A stretch of 55,923 nt of DNA, filler included, from Sphacelaria rigidula (Eukaryota): assembly GCA_964200075.2 (NCBI GenBank). It is 6 parts of 6 records of this genome, joined end to end, with 100 filler letters (N's around TTAATTAATTAA, not from the genome) between each part and the next. Parts side by side here need not be neighbours in the genome. Positions count along the whole stretch, not along the records: positions 46,688 to 55,923 come from CAXNAA020008962.1; 5 more parts are not named here. One strand, 5' to 3'. The translations under genes and the position numbers were made by a program. Shown piece by piece: positions 49,576 through 55,923 of the stretch; position 1 is the stretch's first letter; the number at the start of each line of letters is the position of its first letter. The notes under the pieces were generated by a model, which was given only the letters and a program-made list of their open reading frames with translations, made no database searches and was not told the DNA's origin.

Positions 49576-49825
49576 CTTTCTACGATACTCCCCCCAAAAA
49601 ACAAGTTGGCTGGTGTGGGAAGGCAAACCCTACACGTACATCGAAATGAAAGAGCCGAGCACAACGAGCAGCTGGGAATTTCCACGCTTGGGTTCGTGTT
49701 CGCCAATGTCGCCCACATGAAGTGCTTTATTCAGCCTGAAACCAAACATCAGGCGCTGTATGACAATTTTCTTTGTGAAAGTTGTGGGCTGTTTTTTTTT
49801 GGGGGGGAGGGCTATCGTAGAAAGA
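49576..49825 (+). mobile_element. MITE family C in the last MAPK intron
   Basis: TIRs ctttctacgatactcccccc / gggggggagggctatcgtagaaag; second copy at 37070. Confidence 0.85.
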
Positions 49826-49843
49826 CTCTTTGAAAGTGGGTAC

Positions 49844-52800
49844 CTTAGACTGGACTCCATTTTGCGTCGGCTGAGTGCAAGACACCTGAGAGTCGAGGAG
49901 CGATGATTGACCACGAACGCATCCGTCCGCCGCGTCCCCGCTTCGCTCGTCTTCCGCATGCGACTGTTCAGTCGCGGTGGAAGCCACCACGGTTGCCACG
50001 CTGCGAGAAGAAGATAGCGTCGACGACGTTACCTCGACTCCAAAGGTCTTGCTCCTGTCGCTAGTCGAACGCCGTATCCACAACTGTTGCAAGTGCTTAA
50101 AGTTATCGTTGATAGCCGCGGTCGATAACTCGTCAACACACGCCACGTCTTCGCCACCGTCGTGGTTGATCGCGCTTGGTGCCCCGCCGTTTCCCTGTTT
50201 TGGATGGCTTCCCCCTTTTTTCTCAGCGGCCGTGACAGCCTCACTATCTCCATCACCACCCACCGTCAAGATGCTCACCTCGTCAGGCACCGTAGCCGCT
50301 CTCACACCCTCGAATGTCGACGAGAGCGTCGATTCTCTACCACCATCAGAGTATTCAAGAACCGAAGAAATGTCCTGATGACATTGTAAGCGTGACGTCC
50401 ACGTCAATGACTTCCATGTTTTCGTCGCGTTTACGTAGCTGGGCACGCTTCTTGGAATACCGGCTTTCGCAGCAGCTTCGCCGGCTGAAACTCCCGAAGT
50501 CCCTCCCGAAGTCACTCCCGCAGACTGTCCGCTGCTGCTCGTAGTGATAGGGGCGGTGGAGGTTTCGGGACGATTGCCGCTGCTCCTCTCGCTGGACACG
50601 ATTGCGCTTGTATCTGGCCTGCTACGGGTCAGCGACGATATCCGCGACGGTTTTGAAGAGCTGCTGTCGGCGGCGTCGTGTGCATTCCGCATTTCCAACC
50701 AGGCTGCCCCCACGCGTGCGGCTTCCCGCGTAGACAGACGATGGGCGTAGTGGTCAAAGTCGAAGTCTCGGACCGTTATCTGATGGCGGTGAATTCCGCT
50801 TCGGTTGTCATCATAAGATAAATTGTTGGATACGTTTCTTTGGGTTGACGACGTGGGCTCGACATGCTTTGATGCGACTGCCATCGATTCCCCCCCTGTG
50901 CTTCTAGGGTTCATTCCGTTGGACTTGAGCGGTGCTTCTTTCAGCTGGGAGGAATCTGAAAATGGACTGGGCGCGACTTTTTGGTTGGTTTCTCCACCTG
51001 TTCTCGGGTCGATCAGCCCCGAAGAGTTTTGGGACACGGCAGTCGCTCTCGTTAGCGTCTCCTCCGTGATTTCGGACTCAATCGCCGCTTTCGACTCGTT
51101 GGCATCCACTGCTGGCCGTCGTCCGTTTGCGGATTCTTGTTTCACGACAGCACTTTCATCATGGTGTTCTTGATTCGACGATACCCCTCCCTTATTACGA
51201 GCCGCTACCACGCGTCTTTTGTCGCGTTTCCAGCGGTGTCCTAAGGGGGGTAGCGCGGCTGGTGGGCTTCCGTGAGAAGATGACCTTGATATCACTGACG
51301 GCACTCCACCCGTGCAGCAGGTCGATGCGGCCGCATGGAGGCGACGTAGGCACACTGAAGCAATTGGCGCGCGTATCGGATCCGCCGCAGTGGAGGGGGT
51401 GCACCCACCGCCGGGATCCCCGTCGCCGCCGTGGTTGGTACCTCTATCCTGTGAAACAGCCTTCCCCACACCCGCATCGGCGATTCGCATATCTCGTGGT
51501 TCAAGGTCTGCCGATTCTCGATCTTGGAATGCTTTTTTGACGACAGCGTGTCCCGAATCCCTGGTAGCAACGGGTTTTGCCCTAGCCCGCGCCCGCTCTC
51601 GTTGTCGTGGTGGTTTGTTCCTGGTCTTCCTCGTGGAGGGCGTGGCGTCTGTCCTCTTGGACGGCGTAGTCCATCGCCCGTCACCACCGTCGACTCCTTC
51701 GCCACCGTTGACTCCTGTTTCCTCCGTGACAGTGGTGGTGACCGCGGCGGTTGCGAATCCGACCTTTTTACGTGTCTTCCCCGAGGAAGATAGATCAGCT
51801 TTGCCGCTTATCGAGGGACTCGATCGTGAATCGAGGGCTCGCGGTAGGTCGCGAGATGGGGACAGTGAACGAGACGTCATCCTCTCTACCGACAGCACAT
51901 TGGAACGTCTGCTGCTTCCATCCTTACGAAGGATGCCTCGGGGCATGGCGGTGGCCGCGGTCTTTGTCGCAGACGAAGGCCCGGTTCTCTTGATATTGTC
52001 GTGCGCTGAACAGTCGCTACCGACTGACAAGGCGGCGGCATCTTGTACCCTCTGGGTCTTTTCTCTGGCCCTGTTTTCCCGTACAACCTGCCACGCCCGC
52101 TCCGCCCGCTGTCGTCTGAGCACTTCAGAAATGTGGCTCGAGGCTGCGGGGTGACTACCGCGGTGGCTTTTACGGCCTAGTACGTGCTTCGGTGCTCGGT
52201 GGAATTCACCGTCGACAAAAGGGTCGTACTCACGTTTGTTCTTCCCTTTTTTACCTACACTCGAGTGGTTCCCGAGAGAATTTCGTGTAGTACCTAACTC
52301 GGTTTCACTTGGCGCCGTTTTGGTCGGCAGATCGGGAGGTGTGCGATGCCAGCGTCCCGTCTCATCCGTCACCCATCCTACGCGAGAGCCTGCGCTGGCG
52401 TCCTCAGATACAAAGCCGGCAATAGAATTACGCCGAGTCGAGGGCTCCGGCGGCGGCAGCGGCGGTGTGTCGGTCGAAAACGGGGAACATGCATCCAGAG
52501 GCGGCGTTCGGCTGAACACGTCGTCTCGCTTCTTCGATTGTTGGACCTTTCTGCTGTTCTCGCGACTCTCTAGCTCCACCACATTCCGCGCAGGGGACAT
52601 GGATGCTCTTGCATTTTGTCGGGGCGGCCCGCTAATGCGCTCTTGGTTTTCGGCGGGGGAGATATCACCACGATAGCTTTTCAAGGCGTGGTTACGGCCA
52701 TGGCTGCTTTCGCCGACATTCGTTGCTCGTTGACCGTGTTTTGCTCGTGGGGGAATCCCGCCTTTCCCTCCTCCTCCTCCCCGTTTATCTTCACCATCGG

Positions 52801-53618
52801 TTTTCTGATTAGTCGGGCGTCCCCGTGCACCCGAAGTTTCTTCCGTACAGATTGATGCGTGTGCTCTCCTATGATCGCTGCTGTGTTCCAGTTGTTTCCC
52901 GTGTTTCTCGCTCCTTCGAGCAGAACGTACTACTTTCGTTTCGGGCATCACTCTCTGCCCTCCTTCTTTTGCTGTTTCGTTCGATTTGCAAGCGACGCCG
53001 CTTGCATCAACGCCTTGTCCATCGCTATCGCCATTCCCTCCGCGACCACTACCATTGCTCTTGGCGCGACAGCCGCCGATACGTGCAACGTCAACGTCAC
53101 TAGCGATCTTGTCCTTGTTGCTACTCAGATTCCCACCCCTGCCGGCGATGCCGTTTCTCCGCTCCTTGCTGCCCACACAGGACGCCGCCGCAGCAGGTGA
53201 GGACAACGACGGCGGAGACTTCTGGTGCTGTTGCTGCTGCTGATGGTGGCGACGATGGTAGTGATAATGTGACTCCTTCATCTCGCCCTCGTCTCCACTA
53301 CCGCTGTCACTGCAATTACGACTTGCGGTCCCAGTGTCATCTGAAGACGAGAAACTGGCTCGTTTTGTAGCGGCGGCGGCGGCAGATATGGCAGCGTCAC
53401 CGTCGCCGCCACCCCCGCCGCCAACCGGGGGGGGGGCTTGCGGGGCCAGCGAGTGCGTTCGGTGCGAATGTATGTGTAGATTAGCCCCTGATTGGAAGTA
53501 GTCGATTTCTTCCGCGATCAGGGTTTTCAGCGTGTCATGAGATACGTCCTTTCGCTCGAAGTCGAAGTCGAGATTCTCTGGCGGATCGACGTGTAGAACT
53601 TCGGTGCCCCTGATTTCG
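49844..53618 (-). CDS. Atypical MAP kinase, 3,775-nt exon (CD-like region plus long low-complexity tail)
   Basis: CTCTCAG| (N)EIRGTEVLHVDPPENLDFDFERKDVSHDTLKTLIAEEIDYF continues in frame into the 1184-aa ORF; donor AAG|GTACCC. Confidence 0.85.
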
Positions 53619-54053
53619 CTGAGAGAGAAGGACAGTCAGAGCAGTGAAAAATGTACACAGGAAACATAGAAGCACCAGTTGATATCGTTTGGTGTGGTAT
53701 CCGGTGAGAGGGATTGTGCCATTGGTGTTTTGTACCGCGAGATCATGTGGGGTTTTGTTCAGCGATGGTCTGACGTGCTTCGCACATTTTTTCTCCAATG
53801 TTGCGCCGTTGTACGATTGCCTCAGCCTCAGCCTCATTGCTTTAAAGACGAACTATACATCATAGCGATGAGAGAGAGTACGTGCTCGACGGGCATCGAG
53901 AAGGAGTAAAATATCAACGCGACGTCCGCCGAAACTCCATTTCGACCGTCCTGTCGCATGATTGATACCTACCTCTTCATCCCCCAACACATCTTCGACT
54001 TCTGCCCGCGGACAACACCCCTGCTACTGTATCACGCGAGCGAATTATCTCAC

Positions 54054-54315
54054 TTGATCGATGCGAAGAACGGGTGGAGGAGCCCTTGTGCCGGCGTGCA
54101 TCGTTTCTCGGGATCGAACCGCAGCAAAAGGTCGAGAAGATTCGCTCCATCCTCGTCCGTACCCGGAAGTAATTCGGTAAATGCGACGTGCGCCTTCCCT
54201 TCCACCTCCAGTAGAAATTTCCGTGCCTGTGCACCTCGAATGTGCTCCACTTCGCTTGGCGCGGGGGAGCCTATCACGTCGAATATCAACGAGAGCTGCT
54301 CAATGAAACTCGAAC
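54054..54315 (-). CDS. MAP kinase exon (subdomains X-XI)
   Basis: GSSFIEQLSLIFDVIGSP..LDLLLRFDPEKRCTPAQGLLHPFF; AG/GT boundaries in phase. Confidence 0.92.
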
Positions 54316-54759
54316 CTTTTTTTTCGTTAATTTTTTTTCGCGACAATCGGCGGCAGGGAGGGCGGCGCACGGCATGACGAGAGCGGGCACAGTACACAGT
54401 AACAGCAGGGTGAGGTTGGTGGTTGATCGATTGATTGATTGTCACACTTTAATTGATCCCCCAGGGGTCTACCCGTGGTCTCATGATAGACGTACCCAAG
54501 AGAAATGAGACTGAAACACGCTCTGAAAAGAAAAGAAGGAACAGGAAGAAAAAAATCGAACAAAACGACGCAGTAGACTAAGTCCTAACAAAAAAATGGT
54601 GCAGAACGGCAACCACAGTTGCGAGGTTACAAAAACGCGTGTCCCTCGCTCCTCCTGCAGCATCATCTTGTGGCCCATGTGGAACTATGACTACCAACCG
54701 TTGAGAGGCATGACTGTTCCGCTACCCTTACCGAAATCAGTGTGTGTGTTCATCATCAC

Positions 54760-54892
54760 CTGGAAACAGCGGACGGCGGCCCAGAAGTTCTCCGAAAATA
54801 CACCCGATCGACCAAACATCCACAGAGAAGTTGTAGTATCCGTTCGGGGATAGCATCAACTCCGGAGGTCGGTACCAGCGCGTTATGACGTG
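54760..54892 (-). CDS. MAP kinase exon (subdomains VIII-IX)
   Basis: [48 protein letters not shown]| acceptor and G|GTGATG donor. Confidence 0.95.
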
Positions 54893-55393
54893 CTGCGTTG
54901 TTTTCGATGCGGGTGCGAAATGCGGGATGGGAGCAAGACACAACGCCACGCAGTAAAGTCGACGTCAGGACAAGTGACAAAATGTTCATGGGGAAGTATG
55001 TATTGATGCAATGGGTGAACTGCGGGTAGTCATCCCTACGAAGGCCTTAAATCGATGCATAAGTGTTATGCGGGGTCGCACTATTTTGTGGGCTTGTTAA
55101 TCATGGTGATCGATTTGCAAGCCCTTGCTCTTGTCTTAGATAGCTGCCCTCGTATTTCCGATCAGCACGCACCAGGTACCAGGTAGACGGCATACCATAC
55201 TGAACTACCCACGAACGAACCATCGTCAATGCACTTATCGCGCATACCCGCGATTGTTCCTACATAGCAAAAGTAACGAAATCGTAAACGAGAAGGGAGG
55301 AGAGTGTATTCAGTGACATGAAGTCGCGGAGTGCGCGTGCCAGAGCCAAAAATCATCCCTCTCACAACCAACATGAGGAATTATTCCAATTAC

Positions 55394-55518
55394 CTCGGTC
55401 ATGCCGCCTCCTTCGGGAGGTATGTCCGGGCTGTACGTCTGCAAGTCCTTGGGTCGCTCACGTGCGAGCCCGAAGTCTGAGATGCGGAGTTCGCAATTTC
55501 TTGTCACCAGGAGATTTC
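55394..55518 (-). CDS. MAP kinase exon (subdomains VIb-VII, activation loop); 5' exons lie outside the window
   Basis: GNLLVTRNCELRISDFGLARERPKDLQTYSPDIPPEGGGMTE; GAG|GTAATT donor. Confidence 0.95.
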
Positions 55519-55923
55519 CTTTCGTAAAAAAAGTGTTGCGATCACATCATATTTTGGCGCACAACAAAAGGAGAATCATTGAGTTAAATTTTGTACTTTT
55601 TGAATGCTAAATCATGCGTCTACGGCACCGACTCTACCTGTCTCTACACTCTACGAAGGTGTACACACGACAAATATTAATATCAGTAGAGGATAAATCG
55701 CACATTCTTCAGGTGGGCATCTACGCTAATGTTGGATGTCGAACCAATAGGCACTTCTGTACGATATCGACTTGTTCAGCGTTCGATAACGATGATTTTC
55801 GGTAATTTTTGGCGAAGCCTAACCTCGGCGAGCGCAGCGAGTCCGCTCGCTGTGCAAGCATCAAATGCCCCCCTCAGCCCACCCGCCCCCCCCCCCCCCC
55901 CCCGCCCCGCCCACGACCGCGAA

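Noticed and set aside
49977..53243. Plus-strand ORFs of up to 280 aa opposite the MAPK tail
   Set aside because: Antisense shadows of the long minus-strand exon.
55185..55260. 5S rRNA-like start (acggcataccatactgaac)
   Set aside because: Similarity stops after ~20 nt; no internal control region or 3' complement.

Overview
Eukaryotic, intron- and repeat-rich DNA. The gene structure, long introns and repeat types resemble a stramenopile, probably a brown alga (inference, not verified). The window is not one locus. It is six ~9.24-kb contigs (9238, 9238, 9238, 9237, 9236, 9236 bp) joined by identical 100-bp N44-TTAATTAATTAA-N44 spacers, i.e. an artificial length-sorted concatenation, so nothing should be linked across spacers. 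Contig 1 holds a probable first exon with a mitochondrial-presequence-like peptide and a decayed Ty1/copia element carrying two nested foldback insertions. Contig 2 holds four exons of a coiled-coil-repeat plus ankyrin protein. Contig 3 holds exons of a possible glycosyltransferase-like gene and two tRNA-Gly-headed SINE-like copies. Contig 4 holds the 3' exons of a CFAP92-like gene. Contig 5 is mostly repeats. Contig 6 holds the 3' part of an atypical MAP kinase with a TEH activation loop and a ~1,350-aa tail. The most notable unexplained elements are a ~480-bp poly-C-ended dispersed repeat (6 copies), related whole-element palindromic MITEs, and the tRNA-headed repeat. I found no clearly supported novel multi-gene system.
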